A stretch of DNA of 62,415 nt, the filler included. It is 6 parts of 6 records of this genome, joined end to end, with 100 filler letters (N's around TTAATTAATTAA, not from the genome) between each part and the next. Parts side by side here need not be neighbours in the genome. Positions count along the whole stretch, not along the records: positions 37,298 to 56,928 come from DRR723986_10562; 5 more parts are not named here. The stretch is one strand, 5' to 3'. Both the position numbers and the translations under genes were made by a program. Under the pieces are notes generated by a model, which did not search any database, was not told the DNA's origin, and saw only the letters and a program-made list of their open reading frames with translations. Position 1 is the first letter of the stretch. Each line of letters opens with the position of its first letter. Of this stretch, positions 40,262 through 50,115 are shown piece after piece.

Positions 40262-41197
40262 TCAGCCATGCTCGAAGCCGAGAGTTTCCGGTAGGTTAAC
40301 GGGCGAACCATTGGAGATCGCCTGCAAACCGCTCCCGGAGGCGAACGTACCGATTTTGGTGACCTGCAGCGACATTTCCGCGGCGGAAGACTCTATCTCA
40401 TGGCTGGCCGACGGAGGGGCAGCGAACAGAACCTGATAATCGTCACCCCAGGAAGCGAGCGCCAGTTGCTCTTCAAGGCCGGACGCACTTCCAGAGAACG
40501 GCACGAGGTCCAGATCAACCGTAACCGACAGACCGGAAGCGGCAGCAAGCATCCTCGCATCGCCCAATAGTCCGTCGGAGACATCCATAGATCCGCTGGC
40601 GCAATTCCGCAGAAGGTCGATGATCCGAAGGGGTGCCAGCGCAGGCTCCCGGTAAGCCGCAATGTATGGGGCGTCAGCACGCCCTTCCCGCAGCGCCTTG
40701 TAGCCCAGGCAAGCGGCTCCGATCTGACCGGTGACCCAAAGGGAATCCCCGGCCTCCGCCCCATTGCGCCGGATGGCACCGTCCGGACCGCACCGTCCGG
40801 TCAGCGTGAGTGACAGGAACAGGCCGTGCGGACTCGCAGTCGTATCGCCCCCAATGAGCTGAGCCCCCCAATCGGTCAGTTCATCGCCAAATGCTTCAGC
40901 GAAGCGCGCCAATTGCTCTTCAGAACGATCTTTCGGCCATCCCAGCGTCAGCAGCGCCTCGACCGGCTGGGCGCCTTTGGAAATGATATCGGATACGTTC
41001 GTGCGCACGAGTTTTCGGGCCACGCCATCAATCGGATCGTCCGGGAAGAAGTGGACGCCTTCGACCAACGCATCGACGGTTGCGACGATACGGCCGTCAG
41101 ACACCGACAGCTCCGCCACATCGTCCCGCAGCGCATCGGCCCCCGGCGCAGAGGCCAGCGGTACGAAATATCGGGAGATCCAGTCGCGCTCACCCAC
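40262..41197 (-). CDS. thiL: Thiamine-monophosphate kinase
   Basis: DALVEGVHF, NVSDIISKGA, LIGGDT, MDVSDGL, GDDYQVLF; GTG start at 41197. Confidence 0.92.
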   Translation of the reverse strand: MGERDWISRYFVPLASAPGADALRDDVAELSVSDGRIVATVDALVEGVHFFPDDPIDGVARKLVRTNVSDIISKGAQPVEALLTLGWPKDRSEEQLARFAEAFGDELTDWGAQLIGGDTTASPHGLFLSLTLTGRCGPDGAIRRNGAEAGDSLWVTGQIGAACLGYKALREGRADAPYIAAYREPALAPLRIIDLLRNCASGSMDVSDGLLGDARMLAAASGLSVTVDLDLVPFSGSASGLEEQLALASWGDDYQVLFAAPPSASHEIESSAAEMSLQVTKIGTFASGSGLQAISNGSPVNLPETLGFEHG

Positions 41198-41199
41198 GC

Positions 41200-42951
41200 C
41201 TATTCGGTCGCCTGTTCTGCCAATGGATGCTTTACCCCATCCAGCACCACGCCCCACACAGGGATGGCGTCCCAGTCAGAGCCTGCCGTGTCCAGCGGGT
41301 TTGCACCGAGAATGGTGAAATCTGCGCGCTTGCCCGGTTCAATCGATCCAATTTCCGCGTCCAGACCGAGGACACGGGCCGCATCCAGCGTGATTGCCTC
41401 CAGCGCTTCGTACGCACTGAGCGCCATGTCTGCCTCATAGACAGGGCCTTCCCGTGTTGCCCGCGTCATGTGCACGCCCGCCGCACGCAGCGGATATGGC
41501 GGGGCCAGCGGCGCATCACTGTGGACAGCCACTGGCACGCCGGCTGCCGTCAGCGCCCCCAAGGGGGATATCCATTGCGCCCGGACCTCACCAAGAGGTC
41601 CGGCATATTCGTTGGCCATGTAGAATACGTAGTGGCTGGCGGCTGAGAACTGCGCATTCAGCCGTCCGGTGACCTCTACCTGCTCCGGCGAAAACAGGCC
41701 TCCATGTTCGATGACGAAGCTGTTGCCAGGACCATCGTCACCATTCCTGAGCGTTTCCAGCGCTTTCAGCGTGGCGCCCTGTGCCGCATCGCCATTGGAA
41801 TGGATGTTCACACCGAGACCGGCATCCCAATAAGGCTGGATCGCCGGGACGATTCCGTCCGGACCTGCCACCCACAGGCCTTCCGATCCCTTCGATTGAC
41901 CGGAAAGGTAGCCCGGCGGAGAAAGCCGCATCGTCTGGCTATAAAATGCGCCATCCGTAAAGAACTTCACCCGTGGCAGGACCGGTGCCGGCGTCGGTCG
42001 TTCGCCGCTGACCATGTCGAGAACGGCCTGAACCTTGCCGTCACCAAAGGTCCGCTCCAATGCGCGGTACTCCGGCAGAAGATAGAGATGGTACCCCGCC
42101 GCCTGCGCATCGCCCCAATTGGCGCGAATATTCGCATCCTCCATTTCCCACCCGAACAGACCATAGGCCATTTCAGCAGTCGTCGTGACACCCGCCTCGC
42201 GCAGCATGGAGGAAAACCCATGGAAGCCTGCCGTGACATTCTCCGGCGCGAGGATAACGCCCGCAAAAGCCTGGATGACCAACAGGGCCGCGTCCTCATA
42301 GATCCGGCCGGTCAGCTCACCATTTTCGTCAAGGTCAATACCATGAAACGATTGTGCCAGCGCGGGCGTAAATCCTGCGGCCTCAATAGCCGCACTGTTC
42401 AGATAGAAATCGTGTGACGAGTAGTGCCACACAATCAACGGCTGATCCGATGTAATCGCATCGAGTTCCGCTCTCGTCAGGTCTCCGTGCACCAGATTGT
42501 GGTAGCCGTATGCGACCACCGTGGACCCCGGTTCCGCCGCTTCTGCGATAGCGCTGAGCCCGCCCAGAAATGCTTCCCGGTTCGGCAAACCCGGTTTCAT
42601 TCCGTGGGGAGTCGCCATGGGCCAGGGCGGCGTAATGGGCAAATTGTACTGAAGGGCGCCCAACACGACATGCACATGCGGGTCGATCAGACCTGGTACA
42701 ATGACTTCGTCAGCAAATTCAGGATCGATCGTCGCAGCTGGCATTGCAGCAGTCAGGCGGGCCAGAGTTCCCGTGGAAACAACGCGGCCGCCGGATACCG
42801 CAACCGCCTCGGCCACTTCGTCCTCGCCTGCCATCGTGACCACGGTCCTGGCGGGATAGATGACAACCCCTTCGCCTGCAGCCGGATCCGGAGACGACGA
42901 TGCGGCACAAGAGGCGACCGCGATACTCGCGGCCAGAACAATCCGTTTCAT
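41200..42951 (-). CDS. Amidohydrolase (YtcJ-like, Amidohydro_3), predicted lipoprotein
   Basis: Lipobox VASC; PGLIDPHVH, KFFTDG, IHSNGD, IEHG, HSDAP, GSIEPGKRADF. Confidence 0.88.
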   Translation of the reverse strand: MKRIVLAASIAVASCAASSSPDPAAGEGVVIYPARTVVTMAGEDEVAEAVAVSGGRVVSTGTLARLTAAMPAATIDPEFADEVIVPGLIDPHVHVVLGALQYNLPITPPWPMATPHGMKPGLPNREAFLGGLSAIAEAAEPGSTVVAYGYHNLVHGDLTRAELDAITSDQPLIVWHYSSHDFYLNSAAIEAAGFTPALAQSFHGIDLDENGELTGRIYEDAALLVIQAFAGVILAPENVTAGFHGFSSMLREAGVTTTAEMAYGLFGWEMEDANIRANWGDAQAAGYHLYLLPEYRALERTFGDGKVQAVLDMVSGERPTPAPVLPRVKFFTDGAFYSQTMRLSPPGYLSGQSKGSEGLWVAGPDGIVPAIQPYWDAGLGVNIHSNGDAAQGATLKALETLRNGDDGPGNSFVIEHGGLFSPEQVEVTGRLNAQFSAASHYVFYMANEYAGPLGEVRAQWISPLGALTAAGVPVAVHSDAPLAPPYPLRAAGVHMTRATREGPVYEADMALSAYEALEAITLDAARVLGLDAEIGSIEPGKRADFTILGANPLDTAGSDWDAIPVWGVVLDGVKHPLAEQATE

Positions 42952-43017
42952 GGGGCCCTCCTCCCTGTTTTTTGCAGAGGAGCGTGGCGCGCCCTGTAGA
43001 TCAATGCAAGCGCGTGA

Positions 43018-43977
43018 TCAGAGACCTTCGCGGCCGATCGCATAGAAGCGTTCTGACCGTTGGCGGCGCAATTCGGCTGGGGAAAGACCATCCAGTTCCT
43101 TGAGCGCCTTCTCAAGCGCCTTGGATGCGGTGGCCATAGCCCGTTGCGGATCGCGATGTGCCCCGCCAATCGGCTCCTTCACCACTTCGTCGATCACCTT
43201 GGTTCGAAGCAGGTCCGGTGCGGTGATCTTCATGGCGTCGGCGGCATCCTTGGCCTTGGCCGCATCGCGGTAAAGAATGGACGCGCAGCCTTCCGGAGAG
43301 ATCACCGAATAGATGGCATGCTCCATCATCAGCACCTTGTTGGCCGCCGCGATACCGATTGCACCACCTGACATCCCCTCACCGATGATCAGTGTGACAA
43401 ACGGAACGCCAAGCGTCAGGCCGCGCTGTGTGCCGCGCGCGATGGCTTCGGCCTGGCCGCGTTCCTCTCCACCCTTGCCGGGATAGGCACCGGATGTGTC
43501 GGGGAAGCTGAGGACGGGGAGATTGAATTTCTCTGCGAGGTCCATGAGGCGCACGGCTTTCCGGTACCCCTCAGGGTGGGCCATGCCGAAATTGTGCTTC
43601 AGGCGCTTTTCGGTCGTACGGCCCTTTTCGTGACCCATGATCACTACCGGACGTCCCTTGAACCGGGCGAGGCCGCCAATCACGGCTTCGTCGTTGCCGT
43701 AAACCCGGTCGCCAGCGAGTTCCTCGAAGTCCTCGAAGACATTCTCGACAAAGTCACTGAAGTGCGGCCGGTCCGGATGACGCGCCACCTGAGTCTTTTG
43801 CCAGGCGCTGAGATCCGAGTAGGTGTCCTTCAGAAGCTTCTGGGACTTCGCCTTGAGCTTTGTCAGTTCATCCGAAAGCGACGGCCCATCCTTGCGGCCC
43901 GACAGCGTTTCAAGCTCGGCGATCTTGGATTCAAGTTCCGCCAGCGGCTTTTCGAATTCGAGATATGAAACTTTCAT
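43018..43977 (-). CDS. accA: Acetyl-CoA carboxylase carboxyltransferase alpha subunit
   Basis: YLEFEKP, ARHPDRP, FGMAHPEGYRKA, EERGQAEAIA, YSVISPEGCASIL. Confidence 0.96.
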   Translation of the reverse strand: MKVSYLEFEKPLAELESKIAELETLSGRKDGPSLSDELTKLKAKSQKLLKDTYSDLSAWQKTQVARHPDRPHFSDFVENVFEDFEELAGDRVYGNDEAVIGGLARFKGRPVVIMGHEKGRTTEKRLKHNFGMAHPEGYRKAVRLMDLAEKFNLPVLSFPDTSGAYPGKGGEERGQAEAIARGTQRGLTLGVPFVTLIIGEGMSGGAIGIAAANKVLMMEHAIYSVISPEGCASILYRDAAKAKDAADAMKITAPDLLRTKVIDEVVKEPIGGAHRDPQRAMATASKALEKALKELDGLSPAELRRQRSERFYAIGREGL

Positions 43978-44022
43978 GGGGTGCAAAGTAGCAACCGCAG
44001 ACTGACTCGCCTAGTGCCGAGA

Positions 44023-44967
44023 TCAGAACAGGACGCCTTGCATTTTTGCAATCGCCGGCAGGATCAGAACGCCCAAAAGAACCGGAAACACAAACAAAAT
44101 CAGAGGCAAAGTCAATTTTGCTGGCAATGCCATGGCTTTTTCTTCCGCCATCAGGATACGCCGCTGGCGCATATCTGCCGAGAAGATCCGCAATGTGGCC
44201 CCCAGACTCGTGCCCATTTCCTCCGCCTGACGCAGCATCGTTGCCAGCGACCCGGCTTCTTCAAGGTTCATCCGGTCGGCGAAGGAGCGCCAGGCTTTTT
44301 TGCGTGATTTACCCGCACGAAGCTCCAGCGACAGGGTTTTCATGTTCCCGGCGATGATCGGATGGCGCATCTCGAGCTCTTCGCCCACGCGCTGCACGGA
44401 GGCGTCGAGACTAAGCCCCGCTTCCACACAGGCTACCATCAGGTCCATCATGTCCGGAAAGCCCAGCGAACACTGGCTCTGCCGAGCAGAAATCAGATGA
44501 TCGACATAGAAGGATGGGCCGACCAGTCCGATGATGAGCAGCGCGACGCTGCCGAATAGCGGGATCATCGGCGGAAAATTGCCCAGATATGGCAGCGCAA
44601 ACAGCAACGCGACCTGGGGCACGATCACGCAAATGAGGCGCGCGAGATAATACTGGCCGACGGCGCTGGTATGCCTCAGGCCCGCAAGTGCAAGGCGTGC
44701 CCGCACTTCGCTGACTTTCTCTTCGTCAGTCGGCGCGACCTTGTTTGACACCTGAAGCACCAGATTATCGACCGGGCTGACGTGGTTGTGCGGCTCCATG
44801 AACCGGGTCCCGCGCCGCTCCAGTCTGCGTTCGACTTCTTCCTTGGCCTTTGCATTGCGCCAGACAGACAATAGTCCCGGCACCGCGACGGCGATCGCAA
44901 CCGCAAGCATGACGACCGGCAGCCAGATTTCAGAGAGCTCAACTCCACCCAACATGACGGCCCTCAC
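44023..44967 (-). CDS. tadC: Tad/Flp pilus assembly protein TadC
   Basis: FPDMMDLMVACVEAGLSLD, LRQAEEMGTSLG.TLR, AEEKA..LPAKLTLPLILF. Confidence 0.92.
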   Translation of the reverse strand: MRAVMLGGVELSEIWLPVVMLAVAIAVAVPGLLSVWRNAKAKEEVERRLERRGTRFMEPHNHVSPVDNLVLQVSNKVAPTDEEKVSEVRARLALAGLRHTSAVGQYYLARLICVIVPQVALLFALPYLGNFPPMIPLFGSVALLIIGLVGPSFYVDHLISARQSQCSLGFPDMMDLMVACVEAGLSLDASVQRVGEELEMRHPIIAGNMKTLSLELRAGKSRKKAWRSFADRMNLEEAGSLATMLRQAEEMGTSLGATLRIFSADMRQRRILMAEEKAMALPAKLTLPLILFVFPVLLGVLILPAIAKMQGVLF

Positions 44968-45947
44968 ATCTTGAAATTGATCATTTTGCGCATGACCATG
45001 TTTCCGATGAACATCCAGGTAAACAACCCGGCAAATGAGTAGCGGATCAGCGGTTTGCCGATCACATCACTATAGAATTCCGGACGTAGCAGATGGATGG
45101 CCGCCATCACCATGAACGGCGCAGCGGTCAGGATCATGGCAGACGTCCGACCCTCAGACGACGCCGCACGGACCTTGAGGCGCATGGTCTGCCGTTCACG
45201 GATGGTCGACGCCAGGGCCTTGAGAAGCTCGGTCAGATTGCCGCCTGTCTTCTCCTGAAGCCGAACCGTTGCTGCGAAGAGTTCAATGTCCGGGTCACCT
45301 GCCCGCTCCGCCATGCGCTGAACGGCGTTGGTCAGGGACATACCATAGGATACTTCGTCCGCGGCCATACCGAATTCCGTCCCGATCGGGTCCGGCATTT
45401 CTCGGGCCACCAGAGCAATCGCCGTCGCAACAGGATGTCCGGCCTCAAGACTGCGGCAGGCAATCTGCATCGCGTCTGGAAGCTGTTGGGCGAGCTTCTT
45501 CATGCGCTTTCCGGCGATCATTTTCAATGCAATGATTGGCGCCAGCACGAAAATAGCGACGACGATGCCACCGGCGGTGAGGATACCGCCGACCATTTTC
45601 AGATAGACAAAACCCGCTAACAGGCCGGCGCCGCCGGACATCGCAAACCAGCGAGCAGGCTGGTACGGCAGCCCTGAACGCACGACCAGCTGGTTAAACC
45701 ACTGCATCGGCATCGCAAAGTTGCCGAACTCGTCGAGGCCACGGCTCTTGCGCAGTTCGATCATTGCCTCGTTCGTGCTTTCGAAGCGTTCCTTGAATTG
45801 CAGGCGCTGGTTCACGATCCGCTGCGTCTGAGCCGTCGAGAACAGACTCATGACGGCCTGCAGCGCCAGGAATACAGCGCCGGTCGCCATGATCAGCGGG
45901 ATCATGAACGTCAGGCTGATATTGGAAATATCCGGCAGGCCGAACAA
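44964..45947 (-). CDS. tadB: Tad/Flp pilus assembly protein TadB
   Basis: QLPDA..RSLEAGHP, PDPIGTEF, QEKTGGNLTELL, KVRAASSEGR; TTG start with GGAG SD. Confidence 0.92.
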   Translation of the reverse strand: MFGLPDISNISLTFMIPLIMATGAVFLALQAVMSLFSTAQTQRIVNQRLQFKERFESTNEAMIELRKSRGLDEFGNFAMPMQWFNQLVVRSGLPYQPARWFAMSGGAGLLAGFVYLKMVGGILTAGGIVVAIFVLAPIIALKMIAGKRMKKLAQQLPDAMQIACRSLEAGHPVATAIALVAREMPDPIGTEFGMAADEVSYGMSLTNAVQRMAERAGDPDIELFAATVRLQEKTGGNLTELLKALASTIRERQTMRLKVRAASSEGRTSAMILTAAPFMVMAAIHLLRPEFYSDVIGKPLIRYSFAGLFTWMFIGNMVMRKMINFKM

Positions 45948-45956
45948 GGCAGTCTC

Positions 45957-47339
45957 CTAGAAACGTGTGGACGGATCAAACATGCCGGGGGGCATGTGCA
46001 CACCGCGGCGCTCCATCTCGTCCAGGAATTTCGGTCGCAGACCGGTGGCAGCGAAGTGCCCTTCCACCTTGCCCTCATCCGTTGTGCCGGTACGGACGAA
46101 CTGAAAGATTTCCTGAAGCTGCACCACCGATCCTTCCATGCCGGTGACTTCGGCAATGGACATCACACGGCGCGATCCATCCGAAAGACGAGATGCCTGC
46201 ACGATGAAGTTCACGGCCGATGCGATCTGACCACGGATGGCATGTTCGGAGATCTTCATCCCCCCGATCATCACCATCTGCTCAAGACGCGTCAGTGCAT
46301 CCCGGGGATTGTTGGCGTGAATGGTTGCCATGGATCCTTCGTGGCCGGTGTTCATGGCCTGGAGCATGTCGAACGCTTCCTCACCACGCACCTCCCCCAG
46401 GATCACACGGTCCGGACGCATGCGCAGGGCGTTCTTCACAAGCTCCCGCTGACGGATTTCACCCTTGCCTTCGATGTTCGGCGGACGCGTTTCCATCCGG
46501 GCTACGTGCGGCTGCTGCAGCTGAAGTTCCGCGGCATCCTCAATGGTGATCATCCGTTCGTCCGGACTGATCGCAGACGACAGCGCGTTGAGCAGGGTCG
46601 TCTTGCCGGAACCCGTACCACCGGAAATCACGGTTGAGGCGCGGCACTTTACGGCGCCGAGGATGAAGTCTGCCACCGGCCGCGGAATGGCGCCGAACTC
46701 GACCAGCTTGTCGATAGTCAGCGGCGATTTCGAGAATTTCCGGATCGAGACCAGAGGGCCGTCGATGGCGATCGGCATGACTGCAGCGTTCACACGGCTA
46801 CCGTCAGCGAGACGTGCGTCCACCAGTGGCTGGCTTTCGTCAACGCGCCGGCCCACAGCCGACACGATACGCTGAACGATCCGCAGCAGGTGTTCATTGT
46901 CGGCAAAGCGCACGGGGGCGACCTGCAGCTTGCCGTGGCGCTCCACATAAACCTGATCGCAGCCATTGATCAGAATATCGGCGATGGAGTCGTCCTTGAG
47001 CAGGGGCTCAATCGGTCCAAGGCCGGTCATCTCGTCCATGACGGCGTCGGCAAAACTGGCCTCTTCGGCTGCGGACAAGGCCATGTCTTCCTTGCGGATG
47101 ATGTCCGCGATAATGCCGCGCACCCGACGACGCAGGGTTTCGTCATCCAGCTTTTCGAGCTTCGACAAGTCCAGCTCGTCGATGAGTTTGGCGTGGACCT
47201 TGAGCTTTGCTTCCAGCTGGTCAAAACCGCCCGCCTCCGGCTTTGCGCGCGGTGGTGCTGGCGGCGGAACCGGCGTGGATGCTGCCGCTTCTGGTTCAGG
47301 CGCGGCAGGAGCTGGCGTGGAAAATCCAAAACGGCTCAT
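45957..47339 (-). CDS. cpaF: Tad pilus assembly ATPase CpaF/TadA
   Basis: [40 protein letters not shown]. Confidence 0.96.
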   Translation of the reverse strand: MSRFGFSTPAPAAPEPEAAASTPVPPPAPPRAKPEAGGFDQLEAKLKVHAKLIDELDLSKLEKLDDETLRRRVRGIIADIIRKEDMALSAAEEASFADAVMDEMTGLGPIEPLLKDDSIADILINGCDQVYVERHGKLQVAPVRFADNEHLLRIVQRIVSAVGRRVDESQPLVDARLADGSRVNAAVMPIAIDGPLVSIRKFSKSPLTIDKLVEFGAIPRPVADFILGAVKCRASTVISGGTGSGKTTLLNALSSAISPDERMITIEDAAELQLQQPHVARMETRPPNIEGKGEIRQRELVKNALRMRPDRVILGEVRGEEAFDMLQAMNTGHEGSMATIHANNPRDALTRLEQMVMIGGMKISEHAIRGQIASAVNFIVQASRLSDGSRRVMSIAEVTGMEGSVVQLQEIFQFVRTGTTDEGKVEGHFAATGLRPKFLDEMERRGVHMPPGMFDPSTRF

Positions 47340-48532
47340 CCGCGGCGCCTCCGCTTCCCTTCAACTGGCATGGCCGCCTGCGCTTCTTCAGGCAGCATCA
47401 TTTGCACCAGCCTGCCAATATCGCTGACGAGCGGACTTTTCTGGACGACTTCGGCAATCGGCCGGCCCAGATTGACGGCCGTGCGGGCAGCATCCCAATC
47501 CGACGTGATCGTTGAGTCGATTTTCCGGTCGATGGCGCCTTCCGCCTTGTCGAGCGCAAATTCGGCGCGCAGGCGCTTCTTCTGGAACATGCGGTTCAGC
47601 ACCAGCTTGGCCGGCGCCCGGTCACTGCGCAGCACATCTGTTTCGCGGGCCATGTCAGCTGCAGCATGGAGGCTCGGCACTGTCAGCTCACTGATCACGA
47701 TGGCCTCATCCACGGCGCTCAGCACAGACTTGGTCCACGGCATCATGTGACGGGGCATATCGACGATGGTGAATTCAAACATACCGCAGGCGACATCCAG
47801 CAGGCGCAGGATTGCAGGCTCTGTTGCAAGCGCATCGCCGTCGGGATTGCGCGGTGCCGCAACAATCGAAACGCCGCTTTCATGCTGGCAACACCAGGCC
47901 GCCAGCAGACGCGGGTCCAGACGCTCAGGGGCAGCGGACAACGCCGACAGATCCAGTTTGGGCACAGCCTCGAGGAAGGAGGTTGTCATGCCGTCGGCAA
48001 CATTGAGGTCGACAAGGCAGACGCGTCCCGGTCCGAACCGACGAGCCAGTTCGAACGCACTCTCAATTGCAATCGTCGTGACGCCCGCACCACCCACGGC
48101 GCCCCGGAAGGCCCAGCACACGCTGGATCCGCCGACGCCGCCACCGGTCGTGGCGCGAAACTTCTCAACGGCCTCGGTGATATCTTCCGGACCGGAAGAA
48201 ATGGGCAGGACGTCAGACGCATCCAGTTTCATGAGTGCCCGCACCATGTTTCCAGGGATCTGGTCGGACAGGACGATCACGGCTGTGGACGGCCGGTCAA
48301 CGGCCAGCTTCAGAAGCAGTTCGTCCCATCCAGGCACGCCCTGTTCCAACAGGATGACGCCACCACCGAATTTCAAGGCCGCTTCGGACGCAGACACCTG
48401 GCTGAGGTCAGCCAGTTCCACGCAATGAGGCTGCAATGCACCAAGACGCGTATCGCTGACGAGGGCGGCCAGGTGAGGAACGATGCGGTCCGCGCCCCCT
48501 TTGGGCATGTTCGCTGGTACTGGCTGTGTCAT
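47336..48532 (-). CDS. cpaE: Pilus assembly protein CpaE/TadZ (atypical receiver + MinD-like domain)
   Basis: Receiver-like N-terminus, degenerate P-loop GAVGGAGVTT, LVDL, IVDMPR; located between cpaC and cpaF. Confidence 0.85.
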   Translation of the reverse strand: MTQPVPANMPKGGADRIVPHLAALVSDTRLGALQPHCVELADLSQVSASEAALKFGGGVILLEQGVPGWDELLLKLAVDRPSTAVIVLSDQIPGNMVRALMKLDASDVLPISSGPEDITEAVEKFRATTGGGVGGSSVCWAFRGAVGGAGVTTIAIESAFELARRFGPGRVCLVDLNVADGMTTSFLEAVPKLDLSALSAAPERLDPRLLAAWCCQHESGVSIVAAPRNPDGDALATEPAILRLLDVACGMFEFTIVDMPRHMMPWTKSVLSAVDEAIVISELTVPSLHAAADMARETDVLRSDRAPAKLVLNRMFQKKRLRAEFALDKAEGAIDRKIDSTITSDWDAARTAVNLGRPIAEVVQKSPLVSDIGRLVQMMLPEEAQAAMPVEGKRRRRG

Positions 48533-48533
48533 G

Positions 48534-48803
48534 TTACGAAGCCTCCCCGCCGCCGCTCGTTCCCGAAGGCGGCAATTCCTTGCGCTTGCCTTCATTCAGG
48601 GCCCGGACGGCATTGGCTGCACGGACACCGGATGATGACTGGTTGGCTTCGGAGTTCGGCACAGTAACGTCGCGAATGGACTGCTCAGCAATGTTGGCTG
48701 CATTCGCGCCACCGAGCAGATACTGGTCGCGATAATCATGTGATGCGCAAGCGGGCAGAATACCCAGCAACAGGATTGGAAGGCCGTATTTGAATTTTTT
48801 CAT
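48534..48803 (-). CDS. Small lipoprotein in Tad cluster (possible secretin accessory)
   Basis: MKKFKYGLPILLLGILPAC lipobox; immediately downstream of the secretin. Start is uncertain (48803-48821). Confidence 0.65.
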   Translation of the reverse strand: MKKFKYGLPILLLGILPACASHDYRDQYLLGGANAANIAEQSIRDVTVPNSEANQSSSGVRAANAVRALNEGKRKELPPSGTSGGGEAS

Positions 48804-48822
48804 CTTGGTCATTCCCATCATC

Positions 48823-50115
48823 TCAATACCCATCCGGCGGGATGGCTGTTTCATCCATGAGGAAGAATTCGGATTCCGACGGCTCCCCGAAAGCGTCCAG
48901 CGGAGAGGCCAGCATGTCCGGATGCGCCGCAGGCTGAACGAGACGCGGAGTCACGATGATGACGAGTTCGCTCTCATTGCGCTGATAACGTTTGGACGAA
49001 AACAGCGCCCCCAGCACAGGCACATTGCTGAGCCACGGCGTCTGGCGGACATCATTCGAATAATCGTTCTGCAAGAGACCCGCGACGGCGAAAGCCTGCC
49101 CGTCCCGCAGCTCGATCGTCGTGTCGGCACGGCGCACCGAGATACCGGGAATTTCGATATTGGTTGCCCGGATGCCGTTGTTGCGATCCAGAGCCGAGAC
49201 TTCCGGACGCACACGCAGATTGACCAGGCCATCGCCGAGCACGGTCGGCGTGAAATCCAGCCCGACACCGAACTTCTTGAATTCAACAGTGATCTCACCA
49301 TCGCGCTGGCCGACGGGGATCGGGAACTCACCACCTGCCAGGAAGCTCGCCGTATCACCCGACAGGGCAACAAGGTTGGGCTCGGCCAGCGTGCGGATCA
49401 CGCCCTTCTCTTCGAGCGCCCGCAGTCGGACATCGATGTTTTCGTTTCCGATATTGGTGAAAAGCGCGACCGTCTTCTCCGCCAGGCCGGAAACCGTGCC
49501 GGAATCCGTCGATGAAACGACATCGTTCGCATCAATCGAATTGCCGAAGCCGATTTCCTTCACTGCACTGCGGCTGGCTTCAAGGAAGCGAACCTCAAGC
49601 AGAACCTGCTGGCTCTGGCCAATGGACAGACCGTTCGCAACGCCGCCTGGTACATACCGCTCCGCAACCTGCAGCGCCATTTCAGCGGCTGCAGCAGTTG
49701 TCACCTTGCCGTCCAGGAATATGCCGTCGTGCACGGGATAGACCTGAATGTCTTCACCCGGCAGCAAGTTTGAGAAATCCGTCCGCAGTTCATCCAGGCC
49801 GAGCTCGACCTCCACATTGATCAGTTCCGCGATCTTCCCGCTGGCGCCATAGATCAACACGGTGGTTGATCCGGGCTGCTTTCCGCGCAGGAAGAAGGAC
49901 TGGTTCGAGGTCGCCATCGCTTCTGCGATTTCAGGATCCGCGACAACCAGAGTCGTGAAGGGTGCATTCGCCTCCACGACGGCTGAACGCCCCTTTTCAA
50001 CAACCAGCATCTCGTCTGTGGGGGCGGCCGTGCGCTGCGTCCACGCTGCGGCTTGCAGCGTCGTGAACATCATGGCCAGGCATCCGGCCAGCATCATCCG
50101 ATTAAAACGTCCCAT
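48823..50115 (-). CDS. cpaC: Tad pilus secretin CpaC/RcpA
   Basis: VADPEIAE, QVLLEVRFLE, LAEPNLVALSG..ASFLAGGEFPIP, ESELVIIVTPRLV. Confidence 0.95.
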   Translation of the reverse strand: MGRFNRMMLAGCLAMMFTTLQAAAWTQRTAAPTDEMLVVEKGRSAVVEANAPFTTLVVADPEIAEAMATSNQSFFLRGKQPGSTTVLIYGASGKIAELINVEVELGLDELRTDFSNLLPGEDIQVYPVHDGIFLDGKVTTAAAAEMALQVAERYVPGGVANGLSIGQSQQVLLEVRFLEASRSAVKEIGFGNSIDANDVVSSTDSGTVSGLAEKTVALFTNIGNENIDVRLRALEEKGVIRTLAEPNLVALSGDTASFLAGGEFPIPVGQRDGEITVEFKKFGVGLDFTPTVLGDGLVNLRVRPEVSALDRNNGIRATNIEIPGISVRRADTTIELRDGQAFAVAGLLQNDYSNDVRQTPWLSNVPVLGALFSSKRYQRNESELVIIVTPRLVQPAAHPDMLASPLDAFGEPSESEFFLMDETAIPPDGY

